Shown here one piece after another: positions 17,997 through 26,988 of a DNA stretch of 42,440 bases. Source of the stretch: a bacterium (GTDB lineage: Bacteria; Electryoneota; RPQS01); the NCBI GenBank assembly GCA_018814465.1, contig JAHIZR010000245.1, positions 1 to 42,440 on the forward strand. Reading direction: 5' to 3'. Position 1 is the first letter of the stretch. Each line of letters starts with the position of its first letter. The translations under genes and the position numbers were made by a program. A model generated the notes under the pieces. The model made no database searches. It was not told the origin of the DNA and saw nothing but the letters and a program-made list of their open reading frames with translations.

Positions 17997-20409
17997 ATGG
18001 CAGTTTCCACAGTTCTGAGAGCATTTGTGCTTTGGGCTTGATCCGCTTCCAACCCTCAACGGAAGATTCAAAAACAAGCGTGGACTCCTGTCCGGTGATC
18101 AGATACGGAATTCCTAAGCTATTCAGACGTTCAATTACCTCCGGAGCAGGATGTCCGTAGCTATTGCGCCGCCCTGCTGTCAGGATACATAACTCTGGCG
18201 ATGTTGCCCTTAAAAATGGCACGGAAGTCGATTTTTTACTGCCATGGTGGCCTGCATGCAGAACGTCCACATCCAGCATCTCTCCCCATGAAAGCAGTTC
18301 CAATTCAACCGTACTATCAATATCCGCGGCAAGGAAAGCGGAATTGGAATTCATCGAGAGAATCATAGCCAAAGATCTTTGGTTCGACTCACTTAGTCGA
18401 AGCAAGCTGAGCGAATCTGGCGACAGCACACTAAGGTGCGCCGATGGCGACAATGTTACGATATCCCCGGCGCTGAGGATTTGAGGCTTTTTGCCCTTAC
18501 TCCGAGCAGATATTTCAAACTCGATGAATGTACGCGATGATGATGTGTCACCATTAGTCCAGATCCGATCGACTGCGATTCTCTGAATCAGCTCCGCTGC
18601 GCCTCCGATATGATCGGTATCGGGATGCGTAAGGATTAATCCATCCAGCTGCACGATACCGCGATCCGCCAAATAAGGCAGAACGATTTTGGCAGCACTC
18701 CATTCGCCGTAACGCGGTCCCGCATCAACGAGATAACGGCTTCCTTCTGATTCTATCAGACATGCGTCTCCATTCCCCACATCGATGAAGGTAAGTCTGG
18801 AATTCTCTGCTTCATCAATCCTGCCCGTCCAGGTAATGATGCACGCGAGAAGCAGTGCTGTCTGAACAGCATATCTCCGTCTCTGAAGCATCCAGAAAAC
18901 CGGAATCAAGAAAATCAGCAGATACAGGGTGAGCATTAAAAGAAATGACATTTCGGGTATCTGGATGCCGGCCAGCGGCAAGCTGGCAAAAAAATCAACG
19001 ATCCAACCCAGACAATAGCCCAATCCTTCTATGGACGGGGTGATAAACTCAACCATCCAAGGAGCGATAGCGGAGAATAGCAGCAACAAAGATGCTAAGA
19101 CAAGCAGCAGTGCGAAACCCGGAACAACCAACAGATTCCCGATTCCGCCGACGAGAGGCAGTCTGTGAAAAAGAAAACCGACGAGAGGCAGGGTACCCAC
19201 CTGTGCGGTTATCGTGCCGATGAAAACCTCCACCGATGATTTCAGCATACCGCTCTTCTGAGAATCTATTAACTGAGCTACCGTCTGCTTCATTGCCGAA
19301 TAACCCGCGATCATTCCCAGAACCGATAAATAGGATAATCCGAATCCCGGGTCTACAATGTCCATTGGATGCCAGAGCAGTTCAATCCCCAATGCGATCG
19401 CCAAGTAGTTGATTACAAGCGTGCGCCGCTGTAGAAGTCTTCCAACGAGAAAAGTGCTGCACATGAGGCTCGCGCGAACAAGTGATGGAACTTCACGGCC
19501 GAGTTCCATGTAAAACACCGCGGCGAACAACAGAATCAGATAACGCAGATTCCTCGGGAGAAAAAAAACTCCGAGTGTAACCCAGAGCAACGAAATCATT
19601 AAACCGGTATTCAGTCCGCTTAAGGCAAAAATATGACTCAAACCGGTCAGTCTCAATTGTTCCTGAAAGCGATAACCGAAATCCTGCCTGTCTCCAAGCA
19701 CGAGAGCGCGGCAGAGTGCGGAAGCATCAGGTGATAATGACTCGTCGAAAGTATGAAGAATCCAATAACGAAAACCGTCTATTGCCCGACGGAGATAATA
19801 CCCTCCGACCTGATGAATGAAGAGCGACTCGGGATCGACAATAACATCGCTGGCTTCGCGCTTCGACAGTACTCCGGTAAGCGCACCTGTGAATCTGGCG
19901 GTCCGCTCGGAACTTGATCTCATTCTGCCTATCGCATGGACAATGTCGCCATAGCGAAGCGCTGCCAGCAAACTCGAATCCGCAAAGAGGCGAATGCGCA
20001 AGTCGTCAAGCTGGATCGAAAAACCTTTGCCTTCAAGAAACGCCTGATCGACAATAACCTTGCCTCGATTCGAAAAGTCGAATGAGGAAATGACTACGCG
20101 CCCTGTAAGCCGAACAGAATCGTCAGCCGCGGCCTGAGCGGAAAGCAACCACCTGTCCTCCCGTCCAAGTTGGGATTCCGCCCGATACCAAGCGAGCATA
20201 ACAAAGAACAAGAGCAGCACGATGACCGCATATGAACGCAACCCAGGCGTGAAGAATGACGCCAAAGCGAGGAGCGTAAGAAGCAATACTGCGAAGAGGA
20301 GGATTGATTCCGAAACACTGATGAATAAACACAGTGTCACACCCATAATCATCGCCACGGCAAAAGGGATTGCGGTAGCGTTTTGAAGATCGAAGCGGCG
20401 CGGCTTCAT
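17989..20409 (-). CDS. comEC: DNA internalisation-related competence protein ComEC/Rec2 with a C-terminal metallo-beta-lactamase domain
   Basis: 806 aa. N-terminal TM/OB region and a central polytopic competence domain. C-terminal FIDVGNGDA...THPDTDHIGG...HAGHHGS beta-lactamase-fold motifs. Confidence 0.88.
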   Translation of the reverse strand: MKPRRFDLQNATAIPFAVAMIMGVTLCLFISVSESILLFAVLLLTLLALASFFTPGLRSYAVIVLLLFFVMLAWYRAESQLGREDRWLLSAQAAADDSVRLTGRVVISSFDFSNRGKVIVDQAFLEGKGFSIQLDDLRIRLFADSSLLAALRYGDIVHAIGRMRSSSERTARFTGALTGVLSKREASDVIVDPESLFIHQVGGYYLRRAIDGFRYWILHTFDESLSPDASALCRALVLGDRQDFGYRFQEQLRLTGLSHIFALSGLNTGLMISLLWVTLGVFFLPRNLRYLILLFAAVFYMELGREVPSLVRASLMCSTFLVGRLLQRRTLVINYLAIALGIELLWHPMDIVDPGFGLSYLSVLGMIAGYSAMKQTVAQLIDSQKSGMLKSSVEVFIGTITAQVGTLPLVGFLFHRLPLVGGIGNLLVVPGFALLLVLASLLLLFSAIAPWMVEFITPSIEGLGYCLGWIVDFFASLPLAGIQIPEMSFLLMLTLYLLIFLIPVFWMLQRRRYAVQTALLLACIITWTGRIDEAENSRLTFIDVGNGDACLIESEGSRYLVDAGPRYGEWSAAKIVLPYLADRGIVQLDGLILTHPDTDHIGGAAELIQRIAVDRIWTNGDTSSSRTFIEFEISARSKGKKPQILSAGDIVTLSPSAHLSVLSPDSLSLLRLSESNQRSLAMILSMNSNSAFLAADIDSTVELELLSWGEMLDVDVLHAGHHGSKKSTSVPFLRATSPELCILTAGRRNSYGHPAPEVIERLNSLGIPYLITGQESTLVFESSVEGWKRIKPKAQMLSELWKLPYG

Positions 20410-20419
20410 TCTGTTTCTG

Positions 20420-21127
20420 CTATTGCTTCTTCAAGATAAATCTGCTGGCAACACCGAGCGACAATGGCGTTGACTCCGCTTCTGAAAATCCAATTCTTCG
20501 AAAAAGCGCCGTTAACTGGTCAACAACCGGAAATTTTTCCACAGTCCTTGCCAGATAGGCATATGCATCTTTATCCCTCGAAATCAGACCGCCTATTGGT
20601 CTCATGATACTCCACATATAAAACCGGAATAGTCCGTCGATGATTCGCGACCGGTCAGGAGTAAATTCAAGAATAACTCCTGTGCCGCCCGGCTTAAGAA
20701 CTCGGTAAAGCTCCCGCATCCCCGCTTCGAGATTTGCGAAATTTCGAATTCCGAAGGCAATCATGAAATGATCGAAAGAGGCGTCTGGAAATGGCAACGC
20801 TTCGGCGGAACCCTGTATCAACCTGAATCGCTCTGTCAGAGTATGCCCTTTTCGACGCGCGATCGTCAACATGCTTCTTGCCGGATCAGCCAAATATGCA
20901 TTCGCTGCGGGCTGGTGTCTCAATGCGGCAATCGCCATGTCGCCGGTTCCAGAGCTGCAATCCAGAAACGACGATCCTTGCTTCAGCTTCAGCTTGCGAA
21001 CCGCTTGTTTTCTCCACCGCCGATCAATCCCGAGGGAAAAGAACCTGTTCAGAAAGTCATACGTGGAGGAGATGCGATCGAACATCTTCGCCACATCATT
21101 CTTATCAGACTGGTTATTCTTCTGCAT
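20420..21127 (-). CDS. ubiE: Demethylmenaquinone/ubiquinone C-methyltransferase (UbiE/MenG family)
   Basis: MFDRISSTYDFLNRFFSLGIDRRWRK is the UbiE signature. SAM motif LDCSSGTGD, then VLKPGG. Confidence 0.87.
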   Translation of the reverse strand: MQKNNQSDKNDVAKMFDRISSTYDFLNRFFSLGIDRRWRKQAVRKLKLKQGSSFLDCSSGTGDMAIAALRHQPAANAYLADPARSMLTIARRKGHTLTERFRLIQGSAEALPFPDASFDHFMIAFGIRNFANLEAGMRELYRVLKPGGTGVILEFTPDRSRIIDGLFRFYMWSIMRPIGGLISRDKDAYAYLARTVEKFPVVDQLTALFRRIGFSEAESTPLSLGVASRFILKKQ

Positions 21128-21153
21128 TTTGCGGTAAATCAGGGAAGACTGGA

Positions 21154-21963
21154 TCAGCGTATGAGGATGAGATAGGCGTAAAACGCCGGAGTAGAGAGTA
21201 AAAGCGAATCGAAGCGATCCAGCAGACCGCCATGACCGGGAAGAAGCCGCGAACTGTCTTTTACACCGGCTTCGCGTTTGAATAGTGATTCGAGAAGATC
21301 GCCGGCCTGTCCAAACACACTCACGGCAAGCGGCAGCACAATATAATCAAGCGGCGTGGGCGAGCCCCACTTCAAGAGCTTGATGATCACAAGCGGCAGA
21401 GCAGAAAAAAACAATCCGCCAATTGCCCCTTCAATTGTTTTCTTCGGACTCGCTCTTTCGAAAAGTTTGTGCCGCCCCCACAAGCTGCCGATGAAATAGG
21501 CGCCCGAATCGCAGAACCATGTCGCGGTGAAGAGCAGCACTAATGCGCCGGCATTCGAGAATCTGTCAGTCGTTTGTCCGGATCCCAGATACGGCCACAG
21601 GATTAAAGGGAAGGCGATATAGATAATGAACAGGATCTCGCCCCCCATCGCGGCGAATCTGTTCGTATCTTCGCGAAAGAGCGAGCTGATAAGCCAGAAC
21701 GCAATAAGTAAAATCGCTGCTCCTGCAAGTCCGGGATATGCTTGATGAAAAACCGTCGCATACAGGGCCAGAAGCAGAATAATTGACCGGAAAATCGAAA
21801 GAGCAAAACCTCGCTTTATCAGCAGTTGTTTCCACTCTAAGAGCATGAATATCTGAAGCAGCGCGACCAATCCCCAAAGCGGATAGCCGCCCGACCAAGC
21901 ACACCACAACAGAACCGGAATACCGGCAAAAGCAACAATAAATCGCGACAAAAGGTTTGACAC
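21154..21963 (-). CDS. cdsA: Phosphatidate cytidylyltransferase
   Basis: Polytopic protein with the C-terminal signature SLFKREAGVKDSSRLLPGHGGLLDRFDS. The GTG start shares 1 nt with the upstream stop. Confidence 0.9.
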   Translation of the reverse strand: MSNLLSRFIVAFAGIPVLLWCAWSGGYPLWGLVALLQIFMLLEWKQLLIKRGFALSIFRSIILLLALYATVFHQAYPGLAGAAILLIAFWLISSLFREDTNRFAAMGGEILFIIYIAFPLILWPYLGSGQTTDRFSNAGALVLLFTATWFCDSGAYFIGSLWGRHKLFERASPKKTIEGAIGGLFFSALPLVIIKLLKWGSPTPLDYIVLPLAVSVFGQAGDLLESLFKREAGVKDSSRLLPGHGGLLDRFDSLLLSTPAFYAYLILIR

Positions 21964-24242
21964 TATCGGTACCGGCGACCTTTAAGTAATTCTTCCGGCG
22001 GCGGCCAACCGGTAGAGTCCGGCTTTGCAGACGTGACTTCATGCGCTTTGGCCCGCAACGAGGCAATCTCGTCATCGGTTACACTAAACACTGAACTGGA
22101 AGTCGTGTCTTTAAGCTTATCGTTCAAGCTTGACACAAATCCCGAATCAGGAAATATGTCGATTATCGTCTGCGTGACATGCCGTGCGGATTCAAAATCC
22201 CGAAGTCTGTATTCGTAGATATACTGCATCGCGAACAGCGCCTGTAATCCCGCCGCGCTTGTTGAATCAATCTGAAAAGCATTTTTATAAAGCAAAGCCA
22301 CGCTGTCCATATCCATCGAACCGGTCAGGAATGCCGCTTCCGCCTCCATCAGCAGCTGTTCCTGCTTTGTGGTTTCCAGCGAGAGCAACTCGTAGCCAAG
22401 TTCCTTGCGAATCATGTTCCGAACACTGCGCGGCATCGATTCGACAGTAAGGGCTTGACGATACAATTCCTCTATTCGTTCATGATCCGGATTCTCCGAT
22501 TCTTTCAACCGGGCCGCCAGCTGTAGCGAGGCTTTCCAGAAATCCTCATGTTGAATAGGCTCTGCCGCGGCAAGCTCCAAGTACTTCAGAGAGCTGTCCG
22601 GCTCTTCGAGGATTTCTTTGAAAAATTCTGCAGTCTCGAGATAAGAGCTCATGAGGTTCTGACGCAATACAACAACAGCGGAATCGAGAAACTGTATTCT
22701 TTCAAGCGCTCTTCGTTCTCTTATCGAAATCGTATCCTCTTCCACAGGCAGCAATTCCACCATCACGCTATCGGCAATGGTACTATCAGCATCCGCCTTA
22801 TCCCGCTCCGCTTTCATTGCTCGAAGCAGGGAATCCGCAAGTAGTGCCGCAGGTGAGAGCTTCTGCTCTTTTTCGACCGTATCCGCTTCCAATTCTGTCA
22901 GAAGCGAGTCGTTGACTATAGCGGTATCTGCCGGAATAATCAACGTTTCCGAGGTATTTATCGAGTCAAAAGATAGAGAATCCGCGGATAGCTCGCTAAG
23001 ATGATCGTCGTCGTCTTCTTCAGATTCGAGCGGTACTTGCGACCAGTCGATTCTCTTCAGACTATCGGCTTCGAATTCGAAACTTGCGATGCTGTCTCTC
23101 AATGATTCAATTCTCGATAAGTCGAACAGACCGCGAGAAAGACCGTCAGAAGCCGCTCGCGCGGAATCGATGAGAGAACGAGCGGCACCCGATCCGCTGA
23201 CACTGTCGAACTTTGCCTGCGCCGTCAGCAAGTCGGTTTTATAGTCTCGATAGATTTCTCCAAGCCGGAAGTAGGCGATGCCTTTCTCAACGCTGTTTTC
23301 AGTTTTGTTGACGAAGTCCTGATACAGCTCTGCGCCGCGGTCGATCTCGCCCGTTGCGACAGCAAGCGCGGCGATTTCGACATCAATAGCGGCAACAAGA
23401 GTTTCGAACTCCGGATTCCGCCGAAGTCTGAGTAGCAGACGTTCCGCTTCCGAATAATCACCCAGCGCGAGCGCGCATCTGGACCACAGAATACTGGCAT
23501 CAAATATCTGACGTGTATTGCGGGAATTGTTGATAACGGTATAAAACGCTTCCTTTGCCTCGCTGTACTTTTTTTGATTCAGCAAAGAACTTCCGAGCGC
23601 AAAGTAAGCATCATTTTGTTCGTCTCTGTTCCTCAATCCAGCCACGGATTTCTCATAATAAGAACTTGCATCGTTCCACTGCTTCTTTTCCTCATACAGC
23701 CGAGCAAGAATCGAATAAGCCTCTGCCAGTTCATTCTTTCGCTTAACAAATGGAAGCGCTGCGAACAGACCCTTCTCCGCTTCATCGAGCCGCCCCTGAT
23801 CCGCCACGACACGCGCGCGCCATACATAGGCAGCGGATACATGCTCGCTGTTTGGGAAAATGGTAATCAGCTCGGAGAATTTCCGTTCCGCGCGGCCCAG
23901 TTCCCCAAGGCGATAATACGAAATACCCATTAAGATCAGGGCATCATCGATCCATCGGCTGTCCGGATAGTACTCGAGTAGCGATGCGCCTGATTCTATG
24001 ACAGTTTGATACGTATTGATCGGCACACTCGGCTCGGTGTTCGGATTTTGATGCTCACGAATATTTTTCCTTCGAACTCGTTCGGCTTCATTAAACTTCT
24101 TCTTCACATTATAGAATGTGTTGTAGTAAGCTGTGAAGTTATCATAAAACCGGCCCACCGGCCGAAGAGGTCCGCACCCGGAACTGAAGATCACGAGCAG
24201 CAGAACTGAACAAAGGAGTGTAGTGATTATGCGGTTTCGCAT
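21963..24242 (-). CDS. TPR-repeat lipoprotein, BamD/YfiO-like in its N-terminal third, with a long acidic/helical extension
   Basis: Lipoprotein-type signal ending LLLVIFSSGC. Repeated TPR-like A..Y/F..A helices, including YYPDSRWIDDALILMGISYYRLGELGRAERKFSELITIFPNSEHV, which resembles BamD. Acidic patch ESEEDDDDHLSE. Confidence 0.55.
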   Translation of the reverse strand: MRNRIITTLLCSVLLLVIFSSGCGPLRPVGRFYDNFTAYYNTFYNVKKKFNEAERVRRKNIREHQNPNTEPSVPINTYQTVIESGASLLEYYPDSRWIDDALILMGISYYRLGELGRAERKFSELITIFPNSEHVSAAYVWRARVVADQGRLDEAEKGLFAALPFVKRKNELAEAYSILARLYEEKKQWNDASSYYEKSVAGLRNRDEQNDAYFALGSSLLNQKKYSEAKEAFYTVINNSRNTRQIFDASILWSRCALALGDYSEAERLLLRLRRNPEFETLVAAIDVEIAALAVATGEIDRGAELYQDFVNKTENSVEKGIAYFRLGEIYRDYKTDLLTAQAKFDSVSGSGAARSLIDSARAASDGLSRGLFDLSRIESLRDSIASFEFEADSLKRIDWSQVPLESEEDDDDHLSELSADSLSFDSINTSETLIIPADTAIVNDSLLTELEADTVEKEQKLSPAALLADSLLRAMKAERDKADADSTIADSVMVELLPVEEDTISIRERRALERIQFLDSAVVVLRQNLMSSYLETAEFFKEILEEPDSSLKYLELAAAEPIQHEDFWKASLQLAARLKESENPDHERIEELYRQALTVESMPRSVRNMIRKELGYELLSLETTKQEQLLMEAEAAFLTGSMDMDSVALLYKNAFQIDSTSAAGLQALFAMQYIYEYRLRDFESARHVTQTIIDIFPDSGFVSSLNDKLKDTTSSSVFSVTDDEIASLRAKAHEVTSAKPDSTGWPPPEELLKGRRYR

Positions 24243-24266
24243 TGATCTTCTGACTGGTTTATTCTT

Positions 24267-25028
24267 TTACAATTTTATCGAAATCGCTTCCACCAATTGC
24301 GGCAGAATATCTCCGGCGTTGCCGCGAATCGAGAAATCCGCCCAACGGGTTATCGGAGTAGGTTCAGGATTAATCTCTAAGACTGCGGCTCCGGATTCTT
24401 TCGCTATCTCGGGCAGCGAGGCTGCCGGATAGACAACCGCGGAAGTCCCGACTACTAAAAATAAATCACATGTCTGTGATGACTGAAAAGCCTCTCGAAT
24501 CGCGGCTTCCGGCAGCATCTCTCCAAACCAGACTACGCCGGGCCGCAGCATTCCGCCGCATCCGCATTTAGGTACTTTCCCTTCAAATCGAATCTCTTCG
24601 GTATCTGATTCCGCGCCGCAACTCTGGCATCTGTTTACTTTTAGATTCCCGTGCAATTCAATAACTCGAGTGCTGCCTGCAGCCTGATGAAGTCCATCCA
24701 CATTCTGAGTAATCAGCGAAAATTCAGGGCAGATTCGCTCCCACGCCGCCAATGCAAAATGGCCGGGATTTGGATTAGCGGAATCGAGTACATCCCTTCT
24801 ATATTGATACCACTCCCAGACTCGTTCAGGGTTCCTTAAAAAAGCCTCCATATTTGCAAGTTCTTCAGGTTTGAACTTGGACCAGATGCCACCATCACCC
24901 CGAAAAGTGGCAAGACCGGATTCAGCCGAGATTCCAGCGCCTGTCAAAACCGCAATCCTTTTCGCTTGCCTGCAAGAACCTAACAGCGCTTCATTCTCGG
25001 GGTCAGTTAGGTCGAACTGACTTGACAT
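24267..25028 (-). CDS. cobB: NAD-dependent protein deacylase (Sir2/CobB family)
   Basis: GAGISAESGLATFRG, QNVDGLH, Zn-ribbon cysteines CQSC...CGCGG, and VVGTS. Confidence 0.9.
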   Translation of the reverse strand: MSSQFDLTDPENEALLGSCRQAKRIAVLTGAGISAESGLATFRGDGGIWSKFKPEELANMEAFLRNPERVWEWYQYRRDVLDSANPNPGHFALAAWERICPEFSLITQNVDGLHQAAGSTRVIELHGNLKVNRCQSCGAESDTEEIRFEGKVPKCGCGGMLRPGVVWFGEMLPEAAIREAFQSSQTCDLFLVVGTSAVVYPAASLPEIAKESGAAVLEINPEPTPITRWADFSIRGNAGDILPQLVEAISIKL

Positions 25029-25050
25029 TGCGTTCCCGTTTAGTTATATT
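25022..25050 (+). promoter_or_regulatory. Putative sigma70-type promoter of rpsT
   Basis: TTGACA (25022-25027), a 17-nt spacer, then TATATT (25045-25050). It lies about 90 nt upstream of the rpsT ATG, and the -35 overlaps the cobB start codon on the other strand. Confidence 0.5.
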
Positions 25051-25139
25051 TGACTGATGAAGAGAAATACAGATCGGTGTTGTGTGGAACTCTCTGTTTG
25101 CACCAACATTTACATGAAGATACAAAATTAAAATCGCTA

Positions 25140-25397
25140 ATGCCACAACACAAATCCTGCGAGAAACGTATTAGAACTAATGAGAAGGCGCGACTTCGGA
25201 ACCGTCAAGATCGTTCTCGCTGTCGCACAATGACTAAACGAGTTCTCGAAGTAACTGATAAAACTGAAGCTAATAACCGCCTAAAGGAGGCCTACGAGCT
25301 GTTCGATCATATGACTTCGAAACGACTTATGCATCGAAATACTGCCGCTCGCAGAAAAGCAATCTTAGCGAGACACGTCAATTCACTATCAGTTTAA
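25140..25397 (+). CDS. rpsT: 30S ribosomal protein S20
   Basis: MPQHKSCEKRIRTNEKARLRNRQDRS...HRNTAARRKA is typical S20 (about 85 aa). It is the only plus-strand gene. The ORF-track start at 25050 (a TTG) adds a non-S20-like extension. Confidence 0.92.
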   Translation: MPQHKSCEKRIRTNEKARLRNRQDRSRCRTMTKRVLEVTDKTEANNRLKEAYELFDHMTSKRLMHRNTAARRKAILARHVNSLSV

Positions 25398-25424
25398 TTC
25401 CAGAAATACAATAGTTTCCCCGCC

Positions 25425-25486
25425 GAGCCGGTGTAACTAAGGCGTCCATCCCCTCCAGCCAAAGTTAACGCACCGGCTCTTTTTTT
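25425..25486 (+). terminator. Putative intrinsic terminator of rpsT (long-loop hairpin plus T7 tract)
   Basis: GAGCCGGTG (25425-25433) pairs with CACCGGCTC (25471-25479) and is followed directly by TTTTTTT (25480-25486). The 37-nt loop is unusually long for a canonical terminator. Confidence 0.4.
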
Positions 25487-25490
25487 GCCT

Positions 25491-25514
25491 GCGCCCACGA
25501 GTTATCGTGGGCGC
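25491..25514. other. Perfect 10-bp GC-rich hairpin spanning the guaB stop codon
   Basis: GCGCCCACGA-gtta-TCGTGGGCGC. The guaB TAA (25502-25504) sits in the loop. No U-tract follows on the guaB strand. Confidence 0.35.
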
Positions 25515-26977
25515 GTGTAGTTTGGTGCCTCTTGTATGATCGAGACATCGTGCGGATGGCTTTCAATGTAGCCAGCGGAAGATGCCTGAATCAGTTTCGT
25601 TTTCTGCTGCATCTCGAGAATAGTACTGGCTCCGCAATAGCCCATTGATGCCCTGATTCCGCCCACTAACTGATAAACAGTATCGGCTAACTTTCCTTTA
25701 TACGGAACCTTTCCTTCAATTCCCTCGGGGACGTACTTGCTGCTCGCTTCAACTGCTGATTGGAAGTAGCGGTCCGCGGCTCCCTGTTTCATCGCGCCGA
25801 TTGAGCCCATCCCTCGATAAAGCTTATAGCTGCGGCCCTCCACCAGAATCATCTCGCCCGGGCTTTCATCAGTACCGGCAAACAGGCTGCCGATCATGAC
25901 CGAAGAAGCCCCGGTTGCAATCGCTTTCGCGATATCTCCTGAATAACGGATCCCCCCGTCAGCGATGACCGGAATATCCTGCTTGAGCATTTGTTCGACA
26001 ACATTCATTACAGCTGTGATCTGAGGCACTCCGACACCAGCCACAATTCTCGTCGTGCAGATCGATCCCGGTCCGACTCCCACTTTGACCCCCTTGGCTC
26101 CCGCATCCGCAAGCGCTTGCGCTCCCTCCGCAGTGACGATATTCCCCGCGATGATATCTACATTGAGTTTTGAGCTCAGCTTTCGTACCGTATCAATTAC
26201 ATTTTTTGAATGCCCGTGCGCGGAATCCACTACCAATACATCCACTCCGGCTGCAACCAATGCTACCGCTCGATCAAGGCTTTCTCGTCCGACTCCTACC
26301 GCTGCGCCGACTCTTAATCTGCCATCAGGATCTTTGCAGGCGTTGGGGAATTGGGAACGCTTCTGGATATCTTTCACTGTTACCAAACCGCGCAACGCGC
26401 CGCTTTCATTCACGAGCAGCAGTTTCTCGATTCGATGCTTTTGCAGGATTCTTTCCGCGTCTTTTAGATCAAGATCGATGGGAGCGGTCACTAATCGTTC
26501 TCGCGGAGTCATCATATCGGAAACCGGCAGGCTCATGTCTTTCTCGAATCGAATATCACGGTTTGTCAGAATCCCGACCAGCATTTCACCGTCCACGATC
26601 GGAATACCGGAGATGCCCTGCCTTCTCATAAGATCAAGCGCATCCGCCAGCCTGGCATTCGAACCCAGCGTATGAGGATTCAGGATTTTGGCAGACTCGC
26701 TGCGCTTGACTCTGTCGACTTCCGCTGCCTGCTTTTCTATGCTCATGCTTTTGTGGATGATTCCGATTCCGCCTTCTCGCGCCAGCGCTATACAGAATTT
26801 GGATTCGCCAATTGTATCCATTGCCGCGGAAACCAGCGGAATATTAATCGGAATATTTTGGCTAAGGCGGGATTGAAGGCTTACATCCGAGGGAAGGACC
26901 TTCGAATCGGCCGGAATCAGCAGGACATCGTCAAATGTCAAACCGACTCCCACGATTTTCTCAGTAATGAATGACAT
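25502..26977 (-). CDS. guaB: IMP dehydrogenase
   Basis: [11 protein letters not shown], a tandem CBS insert, the [11 protein letters not shown] catalytic loop and GGIRYSGDI. The ATG at 26977 is preferred; the maximal ORF starts at 27019 and overlaps the upstream gene. Confidence 0.95.
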   Translation of the reverse strand: MSFITEKIVGVGLTFDDVLLIPADSKVLPSDVSLQSRLSQNIPINIPLVSAAMDTIGESKFCIALAREGGIGIIHKSMSIEKQAAEVDRVKRSESAKILNPHTLGSNARLADALDLMRRQGISGIPIVDGEMLVGILTNRDIRFEKDMSLPVSDMMTPRERLVTAPIDLDLKDAERILQKHRIEKLLLVNESGALRGLVTVKDIQKRSQFPNACKDPDGRLRVGAAVGVGRESLDRAVALVAAGVDVLVVDSAHGHSKNVIDTVRKLSSKLNVDIIAGNIVTAEGAQALADAGAKGVKVGVGPGSICTTRIVAGVGVPQITAVMNVVEQMLKQDIPVIADGGIRYSGDIAKAIATGASSVMIGSLFAGTDESPGEMILVEGRSYKLYRGMGSIGAMKQGAADRYFQSAVEASSKYVPEGIEGKVPYKGKLADTVYQLVGGIRASMGYCGASTILEMQQKTKLIQASSAGYIESHPHDVSIIQEAPNYTRPR

Positions 26978-26988
26978 GTTTTGAGGTG

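Noticed and set aside
19561-19568. A8/T8 homopolymer tracts inside comEC (19561-19568, flanked by a near-palindrome CTCGGGAG...CTCCGAG) and inside the GH2-like membrane gene (27612-27619), considered as possible slipped-strand phase-variation sites.
   Set aside because: Tracts of 8 nt are short for efficient phase variation. Both encode ordinary Phe-Phe dipeptides in hydrophobic segments. A single sequence gives no evidence of length polymorphism.
24267-25028. Sir2-domain protein as a possible antiphage effector (Thoeris, DSR or SIR2-HerA-like).
   Set aside because: It is a compact 253-aa canonical CobB/sirtuin with an intact Zn-ribbon and the NAD motifs GAGISAESG and QNVDGLH. It has no fused sensor domain and no partner genes (TIR, HerA or pAgo), and it sits among housekeeping genes.
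25050-25139. N-terminal extension of the S20 ORF (MTDEEKYRSVLCGTLCLHQHLHEDTKLKSL) starting at a TTG.
   Set aside because: S20 proteins start at the MP/MA-N-xKS-type motif found at 25140. The extension would begin inside or just after the -10 element of the predicted promoter and has no S20-like sequence.
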